Assembly: GCF_055900595.2 (NCBI RefSeq)
Contig: NZ_CM148325.1
DNA length: 64,000 bases
Direction: 5' to 3' (one strand)
Shown here piece after piece: positions 39,399 to 55,855 of this stretch. The translations under genes were made by a program, and so were the position numbers. Positions within the stretch are counted from its first letter, which is position 1. Each line of letters opens with the position of its first letter. Below the pieces are notes generated by a model, which had not been told where the DNA came from, did not search any database, and saw only the letters and a program-made list of their open reading frames with translations.

Positions 39399-41151
39399 CT
39401 GTCCCCTCGCCTTGATTAATCACAAATTCATTTTTATCGCCCGTTGTCAGCGCATCCGGCTCGATGTTCATGGTACGCAATACGCCGCCCATGATGGCAC
39501 CAAAGACCGGCGCGGAAACGGCGCCGCCGTAGTATTTACCCGCCTGCGGATCGTTGATAACAACAACCAGCGCGAAGCGCGGCTGACTCGCAGGCGCAAC
39601 GCCTGCGGTATAAGCAATATATTTATTGATGTAGCGACCGTCCGGCCCGACCTTTTTCGCGGTACCGGTTTTAATGGCGATACGATAGCCTTTAATCGCC
39701 GCCTTCACGCCGCCACCGCCCGGTAGCGCCACGCTTTCCATCATATGCACCACGGTGCGAACAATGGACTCCGGGAAGACACGTTCACCGGGAACCGGGG
39801 GATCAACTTTGGTAATCGACAGCGGGCGATAAATGCCATAGCTGCCGATAGTTGCGTAGACTCGCGCTAACTGTAACGGTGTTACCATTAGCCCATAGCC
39901 GAAAGAGAAGGTGGCCCTCTCTATGTCAGACCACCGTTGTTTTTGAGGATATAAGCCACTGCGTTCTCCGACCAACCCCAAATTGGTCGCTTTTCCCAGT
40001 CCAAAACGTGAGTAAGTATCTACTAACGCTGAGGACGGCATCGCTAACGCCAGCTTGGAAACACCGACGTTACTCGACTTCTGTAATACCCCGGTCAGGG
40101 TTAATTCGCTGTAGCGTGCCACGTCTTTGATTTCGTGGCCGTTAATTCGATAAGGAACGGTATTCAGTACCGAGTTTTCTCGCACCACGCCACGTTGCAA
40201 CGCGGTCATCACCACCATCGGTTTAACCGTTGAACCCGGTTCAAACACGTCGGTAATGGTACGGTTACGCATCGCCTCTTTCGGCGTGCCACTCAGATTG
40301 TTTGGGTTGTATGACGGGCTGTTAGCCATCGCCAGCACTTCACCGGTGTTGACATCCACCAGCACGGCGCTACCAGATTCAGCTTTGTTAAAGGCCACCG
40401 CGTTGTTCAGTTCGCGATAAACCAGCGCCTGCAGGCGTTCATCAATACTCAGCGCCAGGTTGTGCGCCGCCTGACTGTCGGTGGAAGAGATATCTTCAAT
40501 TACGCGACCATAGCGGTCTTTACGCACAATGCGCTCACCCGGCTGCCCGGTAAGCCATTTATCGAAACTCTTCTCGACGCCCTCAATCCCCTGACTATCG
40601 ACGTTAGTAAAGCCGATGAGGTGAGCGGTCACTTCGCCGGATGGATAATAACGGCGAGATTCTTCACGCAGATGAATCCCCGGCAGTTTCAGTTTTTTGA
40701 TGTACTCTGCCATGTCAGGGTTTACCTGACGCGCCAGATAAATAAAGCGCCCTTTCGGGTTGGCGTTAATGCGGGCTGAAAGCTGATCCAGCGGAATATT
40801 GAGTGCGTTAGCCAGCGCCTTCCAGCGATCACCGACGCTGATACCGCCAGCGTCATGCACTTCTTTCGGGTCAGCCCAAATCGCTTTTACCGGCACGCTC
40901 ACCGCTAACGGGCGACCAGAACGGTCAGTAATCATGCCGCGGGAGGTGGAAACTTGCTGAACGCGAAGAGAACGCATGTCGCCCTCTTTTACCAGCATAT
41001 CCGGGGAGATAACTTGTAACCACGCTACGCGTCCGAGCAGAAAAGCCAGCGCCAGGAGAATACAGCCGCATAACAACGCAAAACGCCAACTGATAAAGTT
41101 GGCATGTTCTTCCTGACGTTTTGGTTTCTGCGTTTTCGCCGCTGCTTTCAT
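39385..41151 (-). CDS. ftsI: peptidoglycan D,D-transpeptidase FtsI (PBP3)
   Basis: ORF track 588 aa; STVK, SSN and KTGT penicillin-binding motifs present. Confidence 0.95.
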
Positions 41152-41166
41152 GCGTCGCGTTTATCC

Positions 41167-41532
41167 TTATTTTTGCACTACGATATTTTCTTGTGACGGA
41201 TCAACATGCTGCATTTGCAGCTTTTCCGTGGCGATCCTTTCCACCCGGCTATGGTCGCCGAGCGCATTCTCTTCAAGGATCAGGTTGCGCCATTCAATGT
41301 CTAAAGCATCTCGCTCCAGCACCAGTTGTTCGCGCTGAGCGGTCAGCAAACGGGTGTGGTGCGCCGTGGTTACCACGGTCACCGCCGTCAAAATAATGCA
41401 AATGAACAGGCAGAGTGGCAGCTTCCCAAATCGCAATAGATCGTCACCGATAACACCAGGCAATGCATGGCGCTCGTGGCTTCCCATCGATCCTTTAACT
41501 TTGCTTAGAGCTTCTGTCACTCTGCTGATCAT
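41167..41532 (-). CDS. ftsL: cell division protein FtsL
   Basis: ORF track 121 aa; single TM plus leucine-zipper-like region. Confidence 0.92.
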
Positions 41533-42470
41533 GCGTTCGTCCTCTCTGCAATACGCAGAACTGAACTACGGGCACGAGGGTTCTCAGCCACCTCTTCTTC
41601 GCCCGGCATTAACTTGCCTAGTGCTCGCAGCTGACGGCCACCCAGTTTTTTGAGCTGCTCTTCAGTCATCGGTAACCCTGCCGGAACTTGCGGACCACGG
41701 CTGTTTTCACGCATAAAGCGTTTCACAATGCGGTCTTCCAGCGAGTGGAAGCTGATGATCGAGAGCCTCCCCCCCGGGGCCAGCACGTTGAGCGAGCTTT
41801 TTAGCGCCTGCTCTATCTCCTCCAGTTCACTGTTTACCCAAATGCGCACCGCCTGGAAGGTACGGGTCGCGGGATGTTTAAACTTATCTTTCACCGGCGT
41901 TGCGGCAGCCACGACTTCCGCCAGTTCTTTGGTGCGGGTCATCGGCTGTTCGCGGTTTCGCTCGACAATGGCGCGGGCAATGCGTTTGGCAAAACGCTCT
42001 TCACCATAGGTTTTCAATACCCAGGCGATATCGGCTTCTTCTGCGGTTTGTAGCCATTCAGCGGCTGACTGCCCACGGGTTGGGTCCATACGCATGTCCA
42101 GCGGACCATCGCGCATAAAGGAAAAGCCGCGTTCAGCATCATCAAGTTGCGGTGAAGAGACGCCAAGATCGAGGAGAATGCCGTCGATCTTGCCGATAAG
42201 ATCGCGCTCGGCAACATATTCGCCCAGCGCGGAGAAAGGTCCGTGGATGATGGAGAAGCGCGGATCATCAATAGTCTTCGCAACGGCGATAGCCTGCGGG
42301 TCGCGATCGATCGCCAGCAAACGCCCCTCTTCGCCAAGCTGCGAGAGGATCAGACGTGAGTGACCACCGCGACCAAAAGTCCCATCAATGTAGATGCCAT
42401 CAGGACGGATATTGAGGCCATTAACGGCTTCATCCAGCAGCACCGTAGTATGTTTATAGTTTTCCATCAT
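41529..42470 (-). CDS. rsmH: 16S rRNA m4C1402 methyltransferase RsmH (MraW)
   Basis: Track ORF 41529..42599 trimmed to [16 protein letters not shown]... (313 aa) at ATG 42468-42470. Confidence 0.92.
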
Positions 42471-42471
42471 T

Positions 42472-42930
42472 TTATAGAGACAAGTCCTGCAGTCGCTCCG
42501 ATAAGTCTCCGGTAGCCAACTGCTCTGCGTCGATATCTTCCTTGACCTGTTGATGCCAGGTTGTTTCATCCCACAGCTCAAACTTGTTGAACTGTCCAAC
42601 CAGCATCACTTCTTTTGTCAGCCCGGCATGTTGCCGCAGTACTGGCGCGATTAATAATCGACCGGCGCCATCCATCTGACATTCGCTGGCATGACCTAAC
42701 AGAAGGCGCTGCACACGGCGCTCAACCGGGTTCATGCTCGACAGACGCGATAATTTTTGCTCGATAATTTCCCATTCAGGCAGGGGGTAAAGCAGCAGGC
42801 ACGGGTGATGAATGTCAATGGTGCAAACCATTTGACCGGCAGCGTTCTCAAGCAGCTGTTCCCGATAACGGGTAGGCACTGATAAGCGCCCTTTGCTGTC
42901 GAGATTGACTAACGTTGCTCCCCGGAACAT
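42472..42930 (-). CDS. mraZ: transcriptional regulator MraZ
   Basis: Track ORF 42472..42966 trimmed to [19 protein letters not shown]... (152 aa) at ATG 42928-42930. Confidence 0.92.
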
Positions 42931-42948
42931 GCCAGCCTCACCCCTTAT

Positions 42949-43021
42949 TCCCACTTTGCCCCACAATTTCCCACTGAAAGGAGTTTACGGAGCGGAGGAA
43001 AAGCTTGTCAAGCCAGTCACA
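42949..43021 (-). promoter_or_regulatory. Pmra promoter with three MraZ-box direct repeats (TGGGN at 10-bp spacing)
   Basis: Minus strand reads TTGACA - 18 nt - TAAACT, then GTGGGaaattGTGGGgcaaaGTGGGaataa (plus-strand CCAC at 42951, 42961, 42971) just upstream of mraZ. Confidence 0.7.
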
Positions 43022-43530
43022 AGGCATACCGAGGTAAAAAACCCGATGTTTACGGCTAATATCAGCGTTGTTTATTTTACGTCCAACGTGCGAAGCAAAT
43101 TAACGTTATGAATAGCTGTAAGAAAAAATCCCTCATGGTCATCACCGTTTTAAAATGACTAACTATTTTCCACAGCAAATATAAAGTGTCAGTTTGCGAC
43201 GCGAGCGGCATTTTAGGACATATCTTCCCCAGTTAACAGTCCCTGTTGCGTCTGTGTGGCGCTTGATGCCAGCAGGTTTGCGCAAAAGCAAAGAAAAGTG
43301 TTTGTTAAATCGGCAATTCATCTCTGCATGTAACAAAATAATGCAAAAACGCTCTGTCAATATTGCTTAATTATTGTGAATTTCAGCAGGTGAGTTAATT
43401 AATGGGCGGGTTTAAAAGCATTTATCAATAATAGCCAGGAATAGTCTTATTTACTTTAAGGATATTGATGTCCATTCCCGTACTCGACGCGCCAATGAGA
43501 AATTCACTGGCGCGTATTTTTGTTCGCGGC

Positions 43531-44535
43531 TTAGTTACGGCTGAGCACGCCGCGGCGATAGAGATTACGTTTAATGCGCGTTAACCCAGGTTTTGGCTTA
43601 CGCGGTTCGTCCAGGCTTGCCAGGACAATTTCCAGCACACGCTCTGCGACATCGCGGTGACGTTGAGCCACTGCCAGCACCGGGCACTGTAAGAAGTCGA
43701 GCAGTTCGTTATCGCCAAAGGTGGCAATTGCCAGGTCAGAAGGCAGTTTGCCATCGCGACGCAGCGTGACATCCATCACCCCTTGCAACAACGCAAACGA
43801 CGTTGTGAACAGCGCCTGCGGCATCGGATGCGTTTCCAGCCATTTTTCGAATAACTGGGCAGCCGCCTCCCGCTCATAACTGTTGGCATAAAGGAAATGC
43901 ACTTCGCGCGGATCATCTTTCCAGGCAGTACGGAAACCTTGCTCACGCAAGAAGCTCACAGAAAGCTCCGGCAGCGCGCCAAGATAAAGCACCGTCTCGG
44001 CGGGAAACTTACGTAACTCTTCCGCCAGCATTTCGGCATCATCCTGATCGGCACCAACCACGCTGGTGAAGTGTTCACGATCGAGGGCGCGGTCCAGCGC
44101 GACAATCGGGAACGGGTCGTTAGCCCAGCGTTGATAAAAAGGATGCTCTGGTGGCAACGACGTCGAAACAATAATGGCATCAACCTGACGCTGTAGAAGA
44201 TGCTCAATACAACGCATTTCGTTGTCTGGCTGATCTTCTGAGCAAGCAATCAGCAGTTGATAACCCCGTTGCCGCGCCTGACGTTCAAGATAATTAGCGA
44301 TGCGGGTATAGCTGGTGTTCTCCAGATCGGGGATCACAAGACCAATAGAACGTGTGCGTCCAGCACGAAGCCCAGCTGCCACGGCGTTCGGGTGGTAATT
44401 GTGCTCACGCACCACAGCCATGACTTTTTCAACGGTTTTGTCGCTCACACGGTATTGCTTCGCTTTGCCGTTAATAACATAGCTTGCAGTGGTCCGCGAC
44501 ACTCCCGCTAGCCGAGCGATTTCATCCAGTTTCAC
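43531..44535 (-). CDS. cra: catabolite repressor/activator Cra (FruR), LacI family
   Basis: ORF track 334 aa; N-terminal [26 protein letters not shown]. Confidence 0.94.
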   Translation of the reverse strand: MKLDEIARLAGVSRTTASYVINGKAKQYRVSDKTVEKVMAVVREHNYHPNAVAAGLRAGRTRSIGLVIPDLENTSYTRIANYLERQARQRGYQLLIACSEDQPDNEMRCIEHLLQRQVDAIIVSTSLPPEHPFYQRWANDPFPIVALDRALDREHFTSVVGADQDDAEMLAEELRKFPAETVLYLGALPELSVSFLREQGFRTAWKDDPREVHFLYANSYEREAAAQLFEKWLETHPMPQALFTTSFALLQGVMDVTLRRDGKLPSDLAIATFGDNELLDFLQCPVLAVAQRHRDVAERVLEIVLASLDEPRKPKPGLTRIKRNLYRRGVLSRN

Positions 44536-44714
44536 AATTGCCCCTTGCGTAAAATGTAAAAACCATAGCCATTGTACTGGTATGGGTTAAATTCATTAAC
44601 ATCTAAGCGCAGAAAATTAACTGCGGCAACTGCTTTTATTCCAGGTTCCCACTGAATTCGCAAAAAAAGCCCAACGTGACATGTTGGGCTGCAAATTGCG
44701 CATTGAGATCATTC

Positions 44715-45206
44715 TCAACGCATTATTTTATCGCCGCGCGAAAGTCCAACTACACCAGAGCGAGCAACTTCCACAATTTTCGCCACATCGCGAATCGATG
44801 CTAAAAATGCATCAAGCTTATCGCTGGTGCCTGCCAGTTGGACGGTGTAAAGCGATGGCGTGACATCGATGATTTGCCCACGAAATATTTCCGTATTGCG
44901 CTTCACTTCGTCACGTCCGTAGCCGCTGGCCTGAATTTTCACCAGCATAATTTCCCGCTCGACGTGCGCCCCCTGCCCCAGCTCGCTCACGCGCAAGACA
45001 TCGACCAGTTTGTGTAATTGCTTTTCGATCTGCTCAAGCACTTTTTCATCGCCCACGGTCTGGATGGTCATACGCGATAATGTCGGATCGTCGGTGGGCG
45101 CAACGGTCAGGCTTTCAATGTTGTACCCACGTTGGGAAAAAAGGCCAATCACGCGGGATAACGCGCCTGATTCATTTTCGAGTAAGACTGATAATATCCG
45201 GCGCAT
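44715..45206 (-). CDS. ilvH: acetolactate synthase III small (regulatory) subunit
   Basis: Track ORF 44715..45236 trimmed to [19 protein letters not shown]... (163 aa); ACT domain. Confidence 0.92.
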   Translation of the reverse strand: MRRILSVLLENESGALSRVIGLFSQRGYNIESLTVAPTDDPTLSRMTIQTVGDEKVLEQIEKQLHKLVDVLRVSELGQGAHVEREIMLVKIQASGYGRDEVKRNTEIFRGQIIDVTPSLYTVQLAGTSDKLDAFLASIRDVAKIVEVARSGVVGLSRGDKIMR

Positions 45207-45208
45207 AA

Positions 45209-46933
45209 TCAGGTTCTCTCCGTTTTGCTTAACCACATTTCATCCATTCCGCCCCCGCGAATCTGCATCGGGTAGACGTGCTCACTGCCATCGACGGTAA
45301 CATCAACAAAGACCAGACGATTATTGCGCACCTGTTCCAGCGCCTCGCTAAGTTTGCTTTCCAGCTCTTGCGGATGAGAAATCTGGATCCCAACATGCCC
45401 ATAGGCTTCCGCCAGACGGACGAAATCGGGTAGCGATTGCATATAAGATTGTGAATGACGGCCGGAATAGATCATGTCCTGCCACTGCTTCACCATCCCC
45501 AGATAGCGATTATTGAGATTCACCACCAATACCGGCAACTCGTATTGCAAGGCGGTTGACAGTTCCTGAATGTTCATCTGAATACTGCCGTCACCAGTGA
45601 CGCAAACCACGGTTTCTTCTGGCAGCGCCATTTTGACACCCAGTGCCGCAGGTAAACCAAACCCCATCGTGCCGAGGCCACCAGAGTTAATCCAGCGACG
45701 CGGTTTGTCGAAAGGATAATAAAGTGCGGCGAACATCTGGTGCTGCCCGACATCAGACGTCACGTAAGCGTCCCCCTTCGTCAGCCGCCAAAGAGTCTCG
45801 ATAACCGCCTGCGGTTTAATCTTTTCACTGTGAATATCGTATTTCAGGCACTGACGAGCACGCCACAGTTCAATCTGCTGCCACCAATCGCGGATCTCAT
45901 CCAGCGGTTGATGGGCGGATTCTTGCGACAGGAGTTCAAGCATTTGTTCGAGGACCTGGCGGGCATCTCCAACAATCGGGATATCAGCAGTCACAGTTTT
46001 AGAAATGGAAGTAGGATCAATATCGATATGCAGAACCGTGGCATTTGGGCAGTACTTCGCAAGATTGTTCGTCGTTCGGTCATCAAAACGTACCCCGACG
46101 GCAAAAATCACATCCGCGTTATGCATCGTCATATTGGCTTCGTAGGTGCCGTGCATTCCCAGCATGCCCAGTGCCTGACGATGCGTTGCCGGAAACGCCC
46201 CCAGCCCCATTAATGAGGAAACAACGGGCAGATTCAACGCCTCCACCGTGTCTTTCAACTGCTGATGGCAGCCCGCCGTGATTGCCCCACCGCCTACATA
46301 CACAACCGGTTTTTTTGCCGCCACCAGCGTTTGCAGAGCGCGCTTAATTTGCCCTTTATGTCCGGAGGTCGTGGGATTGTAAGATCGCATACTGACCGAC
46401 TCCGGCCAGACGTAGGGTAATTTGTTCGCAGGATTAAGAATATCTTTCGGTAAATCAACGACCACTGGTCCAGGGCGACCACTTGCCGCCAGCCAAAAAG
46501 CCTTTTTCAGCACCTGCGGAATGTCTTCCGTTTGCTTAACCAGAAAACTGTGCTTCACCACTGGGCGGGAAATTCCCACCATGTCGCACTCCTGAAAGGC
46601 ATCATAACCTATCAACGAGGTCGCTACCTGCCCGGAAAGGACAACTAATGGAATGGAATCCATATAAGCGGTGGCAATGCCAGTAATCGCATTGGTCGCC
46701 CCTGGCCCCGATGTTACCAGCACGACGCCGACTTCCCCGGTCGCGCGTGCCAGACCATCGGCCATATGCACCGCCGCCTGCTCATGACGAACTAATACAT
46801 GATCGATACCACCCACGGTATGCAATGCATCGTAAATATCAAGGACCGCGCCTCCGGGATAACCGAATACTTGTTTAACGCCCTGATCGATAAGCGATCG
46901 GACGACCATCTCGGCTCCAGACAACATCTCCAT
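45209..46933 (-). CDS. ilvI: acetolactate synthase III large subunit
   Basis: Track ORF 45209..46945 trimmed to [28 protein letters not shown]... (574 aa); TPP-binding enzyme. Confidence 0.93.
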   Translation of the reverse strand: MEMLSGAEMVVRSLIDQGVKQVFGYPGGAVLDIYDALHTVGGIDHVLVRHEQAAVHMADGLARATGEVGVVLVTSGPGATNAITGIATAYMDSIPLVVLSGQVATSLIGYDAFQECDMVGISRPVVKHSFLVKQTEDIPQVLKKAFWLAASGRPGPVVVDLPKDILNPANKLPYVWPESVSMRSYNPTTSGHKGQIKRALQTLVAAKKPVVYVGGGAITAGCHQQLKDTVEALNLPVVSSLMGLGAFPATHRQALGMLGMHGTYEANMTMHNADVIFAVGVRFDDRTTNNLAKYCPNATVLHIDIDPTSISKTVTADIPIVGDARQVLEQMLELLSQESAHQPLDEIRDWWQQIELWRARQCLKYDIHSEKIKPQAVIETLWRLTKGDAYVTSDVGQHQMFAALYYPFDKPRRWINSGGLGTMGFGLPAALGVKMALPEETVVCVTGDGSIQMNIQELSTALQYELPVLVVNLNNRYLGMVKQWQDMIYSGRHSQSYMQSLPDFVRLAEAYGHVGIQISHPQELESKLSEALEQVRNNRLVFVDVTVDGSEHVYPMQIRGGGMDEMWLSKTERT

Positions 46934-47059
46934 GGCCTGCCTCACTGTTTAACGGAAAAATGTGTAAAACACATTAACCGCCCGATCTTGCTTAAGCAAT
47001 TGGTAGCCAGAGACATAAATACGAGGTAATAAGAATAAACAGGAGGAAAGGTGAAAAGA

Positions 47060-47090
47060 AACGATAAAATCCTCCATTACGGAGGATTAA
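47060..47090 (-). terminator. candidate intrinsic terminator downstream of leuO
   Basis: Stem AATCCTCC/GGAGGATT with 5-nt loop at 47068-47088; on the minus strand it is followed by a U-rich run (UUUUAUCGUUUCUUUUC). Confidence 0.45.
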
Positions 47091-47249
47091 ATTGATAATA
47101 AATCGGCTAAATCCCACAACTTACAGCAATTTCTCTATTTTTTTAATTAATCCTAAAATAGTGAACTCACACATTCAGAATAAAATTCTATATTCAATAA
47201 AAAATACAGAATAAATCAGTAATCAATATCTGACCTATTCTGCATTCAG

Positions 47250-48194
47250 TTAGCGTTTGCAAATTGAGACTAATTGCTCTTCCATCCACTGATGGCCTTT
47301 GTCGCGCCCGGCAGCTTCATGCCAGGAGAGATAACAGGTTCTGCTATTTTGTTTTAATGGCAGCGGTAATACCTGTAACTCTAAAGATTCAGCGAACTCT
47401 TCAGCCAGCCAACGCGGCGCAATAGCGACCAGATGCGTTTGCGACACCACGCTCAGTACACTCATCATTGCCATGCCCTGATACGCGATACTGGCTTGTT
47501 TATCTACCGTGTCATACCACGGTTGACTAAATGACGCGAAACGATCGAGCGAAACTGCCGCATGTTGTTCGTTATAAACATCATGTTTCAGTAACGGGCC
47601 TTTAATTGTTGGATGATTTTTGCTGGCTACCAGCACCATTTCATCTTTAAATAATGGCACACTGGTAAATTCAGGACGATGGAAGTCTTCATAACTAATC
47701 ACAAACTCCGTTTCCTGATAACGCAGTTGATGTTCAGTGTTCTGATTTAATGAAGACTTGAACATAACATGTATATTTGGCGCAGTTTGCTCAATGTGAT
47801 TATAAATCTGCGAGGTCAGAATGCTGTCTAACGGACTGCAAACACAAAGATGAAATACACGTTCACTGCTCGCGGGTTCAAAACCTGAACCTGGCAATTC
47901 ATTTTGTACTAATTGCAATGCCTGACGAACTGAACCAAAAAGTTGAAATGCGCGAGCAGTCGGTTGAATGCCACGGCCATAACGAACAAAAAGCTCGTCA
48001 TTAAACATCACCTTCAGGCGTGCAACCGCGTTACTGACCGCAGGTTGCGACATCCCCAGAACATGAGCGGCACGGGTGATGTTTTGCTCCTGCATCACGG
48101 CATCGAAAACGGTTAATAAGTTGAGATCGACCATGCGTAGTTGTGGCTTGCTTAACTCCGCCGTCTCTGGTTGCTCTGTTTGTACCTCTGGCAT
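47250..48194 (-). CDS. leuO: LysR-family transcriptional regulator LeuO
   Basis: Track ORF 47250..48278 trimmed to [10 protein letters not shown]... (314 aa) at ATG 48192-48194. Confidence 0.88.
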   Translation of the reverse strand: MPEVQTEQPETAELSKPQLRMVDLNLLTVFDAVMQEQNITRAAHVLGMSQPAVSNAVARLKVMFNDELFVRYGRGIQPTARAFQLFGSVRQALQLVQNELPGSGFEPASSERVFHLCVCSPLDSILTSQIYNHIEQTAPNIHVMFKSSLNQNTEHQLRYQETEFVISYEDFHRPEFTSVPLFKDEMVLVASKNHPTIKGPLLKHDVYNEQHAAVSLDRFASFSQPWYDTVDKQASIAYQGMAMMSVLSVVSQTHLVAIAPRWLAEEFAESLELQVLPLPLKQNSRTCYLSWHEAAGRDKGHQWMEEQLVSICKR

Positions 48195-48852
48195 ACTTAA
48201 CTCCACTGTCACACTTAACTCCCTTTCCCTTATTGGAATGCAGAGAAATAATCCTCGAGAATATGATTTATCATGCATATAAAATAAGAAAAAGGAAAAT
48301 GAGAAAAATTAGGAAAACATAAAGATACGGGTTCTTATAAAAACAGAACCCATTGCCGAGTAAAGAGTCATTTACCGCAGCATAATAATCCATAATGTTT
48401 TTGTTGCGAAAACAATCTAATCATAACTACCGCGAATACTCAATCATCCACAAAATGGATTAAATGTGCTTTTTTAATAATTAATTTATATGTTTAATGC
48501 ATTAATTCTTAACATTAATCGAACAATAATATTCACCAAATGAATATCAAAAAATTAGCAAAACATATAATTCAATACAAATCATCAAGATAGGTTTTGT
48601 AACGCGTGCATTTTATCCCCCTTTTCCTCGTTGATTAGATGCAAAAATTTATTCTGAAATATGTCAACCGATGAAAAGCGTCGGTGGTTAAGCAGAAATT
48701 AATATCGCTTGTTTTAACCACCGCAGCACAATTAGCTAATTTGACGAATGCAGAACTCACTCTGGCGGAACGTTTTTGTTGCGTCAGGGTTGACATCCGT
48801 TTTTGTATCCAGTAACTCTAAAAGCATATCGTATTCATCTGGAGCTGATTTA

Positions 48853-48939
48853 ATGACTCACATCGTTCGCTTTATCGGTCTACTACTACTAAACGCATCT
48901 TCTTTGCGCGGTAGACGAGTGAGCGGCATTCAGCATTAA
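48853..48939 (+). CDS. leuL: leu operon leader peptide (28 aa, four consecutive Leu codons)
   Basis: GGAG SD then ATG 48853; [28 protein letters not shown]; Leu codons CUA x4 at 48880-48891. Confidence 0.88.
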
Positions 48940-48954
48940 GCCAGCACGCAGTCA

Positions 48955-48990
48955 AACAAAAAACCCGCGCCATTGCGCGGGTTTTTTTAT
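48955..48990 (+). terminator. leu attenuator (intrinsic terminator)
   Basis: A6-CCCGCGCC-loop-GCGCGGG-T7 at 48958-48988, between leuL and leuA. Confidence 0.88.
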
Positions 48991-49031
48991 GCCCGAAGCG
49001 AGGCGCTCAAAAAGAGACAAGGACCCAAACC

Positions 49032-51694
<2,663 letters not shown>

Positions 51695-51696
51695 TC

Positions 51697-53713
<2,017 letters not shown>

Positions 53714-53757
53714 TTTGTAAACCGTCCGGCACTCAATCGCCAAAAAGAAAAAAGCCA

Positions 53758-53973
53758 GCAGATAATCACTGCTGGCGTGGCGATTAACACCAATACTCAG
53801 TCACACATGATGTCCGCAAATCAGTAGTCAGAATGACTCCCCTCCCACTGCATCAGCTCTTCAAGCATGGTTAATCGTTGTGGGACGCTTAACCAACGCA
53901 ACCAGCACAACGTCGCTGTCGCGGTAAAATAGTGCTGATAAAACTGACGCATGGGGCACCTCCTTGCTTCATC
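53758..53973 (-). ncRNA. sgrS: dual-function small RNA SgrS (glucose-phosphate stress; base-pairs with ptsG mRNA)
   Basis: Minus strand begins GATGAAGCAAGGAGGTGCCCCATG..., contains the GAGUAUUGGUGUUAAUCG seed region and ends in hairpin GCCAGCAG..CUGCUGGC + U6 (plus 53758-53789); divergent from sgrR. Confidence 0.85.
53821..53952 (-). CDS. sgrT: SgrT small protein (43 aa) encoded within SgrS
   Basis: AGGAGG SD then ATG 53950-53952; MRQFYQHYFTATATLCWLRWLSVPQRLTMLEELMQWEGSHSDY; nested in larger track ORF 53821..54120. Confidence 0.8.
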   Translation of the reverse strand: MRQFYQHYFTATATLCWLRWLSVPQRLTMLEELMQWEGSHSDY

Positions 53974-54040
53974 GTTAGGAATTATTGACTTAATATAGGG
54001 AAAATAAAATTGCTGACTTTTGCGCAGGAGTTCCCCTTTT

Positions 54041-55696
54041 ATGCCATCCGCTCGTCTGCAACAACAGTTCATCCGCCTGTGGCAATGCTGCGAGGGTAAA
54101 TCGCAGGACACAACGCTCAACGAACTAGCGGAGTTATTGAGCTGCTCCCGTCGTCATATGCGCACCCTGCTCAATACCATGCAGGATCGCGGCTGGCTGA
54201 CGTGGGAAGCGGAGGTCGGGCGCGGTAAACGCTCACGTTTAACATTCCTCTATACCGGGCTGGCGCTTCAGCAACAGCGAGCAGAGGACCTGCTGGAGCA
54301 GGATCGTATCGATCAGTTGGTGCAACTGGTTGGCGACAAAGCGGCTGTGCGGCAAATGCTGGTTTCTCATCTGGGGCGTACCTTCCGCCAGGGGCGGCAC
54401 ATCCTGCGCGTTCTCTACTATCGTCCGTTGCGCAATCTGCTGCCCGGCAGTGCATTGCGCCGTTCCGAAACCCATATCGCCCGGCAAATCTTCAGTTCGC
54501 TAACGCGCATAAATGAGGAAAATGGGGAACTGGAAGCAGACATCGCCCACCACTGGCAGCAAATATCACCGCTTCACTGGCGCTTCTTTTTGCGTCCAGG
54601 AGTCCATTTTCATCATGGTCGTGAACTGGAAATGGACGACGTGATCGCCTCTTTAAAACGAATCAATACGCTGCCGCTCTATTCGCATATTGCGGACATT
54701 GTGTCGCCGACGCCCTGGACGCTGGATATCCATCTCACGCAACCGGACCGCTGGTTACCGTTACTGCTGGGGCAAGTTCCGGCGATGATCCTGCCACGAG
54801 AATGGGAAACCCTCAGTAACTTTGCCAGCCATCCCATCGGCACCGGTCCGTATGCGGTGATCCGCAACAGCACCAATCAACTGAAAATTCAGGCATTCGA
54901 TGACTTCTTCGGTTATCGCGCATTAATCGACGAAGTAAATGTCTGGGTTCTGCCAGAAATTGCCGACGAGCCAGCCGGCGGTCTGATGCTAAAAGGGCCG
55001 CAGGGCGAGGAAAAAGAGATTGAAAGTCGGCTGGAGGAAGGTTGCTACTATTTACTGTTCGACAGCCGCACCCATCGTGGGGCGAATCAGCAAGTCAGGG
55101 ACTGGGTAAGTTATGTGCTTTCTCCAACTAATCTGGTCTATTTCGCCGAGGAACAATACCAGCAACTCTGGTTTCCAGCCTACGGGCTGTTGCCGCGCTG
55201 GCATCATGCCCACCCGGCGCAGTGCGAAAAACCTGCCGGGCTGGAAAGCCTCACCCTGACCTTTTATCAGGATCATATTGAGCATCGGGTGATTGCCAGG
55301 ATCATGCAGCAGATTCTGGCAAGTCATCAGGTCACACTTGAAATTAAAGAGATCAGCTACGATCAGTGGCACGAAGGAGAGATCGAGAGCGATATCTGGC
55401 TTAACAGCGCCAACTTTACGCTGCCGCTGGATTTTTCGCTGTTCGCGCACTTGTGCGAGGTGCCGCTGCTCCAACACTGTATTCCGATCGACTGGCAAGC
55501 CGACGCCGCCCGCTGGCGCAATGGCGAAATGAATCTGGCGAACTGGTGCCAGCAACTGGTCGCCAGTAAAGCAATGGTGCCACTTATCCACCACTGGCTG
55601 ATCATTCAGGGGCAACGCAGTATGCGCGGTCTGCGTATGAACACCCTCGGCTGGTTCGATTTTAAATCCGCGTGGTTTGCACCACCGGATCCATGA
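54041..55696 (+). CDS. sgrR: transcriptional regulator SgrR (HTH + solute-binding-like domain)
   Basis: Track ORF 54020..55696 (TTG) trimmed to [15 protein letters not shown]... (551 aa) at ATG 54041. Confidence 0.92.
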   Translation: MPSARLQQQFIRLWQCCEGKSQDTTLNELAELLSCSRRHMRTLLNTMQDRGWLTWEAEVGRGKRSRLTFLYTGLALQQQRAEDLLEQDRIDQLVQLVGDKAAVRQMLVSHLGRTFRQGRHILRVLYYRPLRNLLPGSALRRSETHIARQIFSSLTRINEENGELEADIAHHWQQISPLHWRFFLRPGVHFHHGRELEMDDVIASLKRINTLPLYSHIADIVSPTPWTLDIHLTQPDRWLPLLLGQVPAMILPREWETLSNFASHPIGTGPYAVIRNSTNQLKIQAFDDFFGYRALIDEVNVWVLPEIADEPAGGLMLKGPQGEEKEIESRLEEGCYYLLFDSRTHRGANQQVRDWVSYVLSPTNLVYFAEEQYQQLWFPAYGLLPRWHHAHPAQCEKPAGLESLTLTFYQDHIEHRVIARIMQQILASHQVTLEIKEISYDQWHEGEIESDIWLNSANFTLPLDFSLFAHLCEVPLLQHCIPIDWQADAARWRNGEMNLANWCQQLVASKAMVPLIHHWLIIQGQRSMRGLRMNTLGWFDFKSAWFAPPDP

Positions 55697-55727
55697 TTGC
55701 TGGTTGATAACAAAATCACTACACTAA

Positions 55728-55855
55728 CGCCGTTCTCAACGGGGTGCCACGCTGCCGCGTGCGCTGAGAAAATACCCGTCGAACCTGATCCGGATAACGC
55801 CGGCGAAGGGATTTGAGGCTCCTTCTCAAGTCCTTTGCCACTCTTCTTTGAGGTG
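55728..55855 (+). promoter_or_regulatory. TPP riboswitch (THI-box) in thiBPQ leader
   Basis: GGGGTGCC...CTGAGA...ACCCGT.GAACCTGATCCGGATAACGCCGGCGAAGGGA conserved THI-element seen at 55741-55811, directly upstream of thiB. Confidence 0.88.

Noticed and set aside
43163-43360. 65-aa minus-strand ORF in the mraZ-cra spacer
   Set aside because: No SD, Cys/Arg-rich composition, lies in AT-rich promoter DNA; likely spurious.
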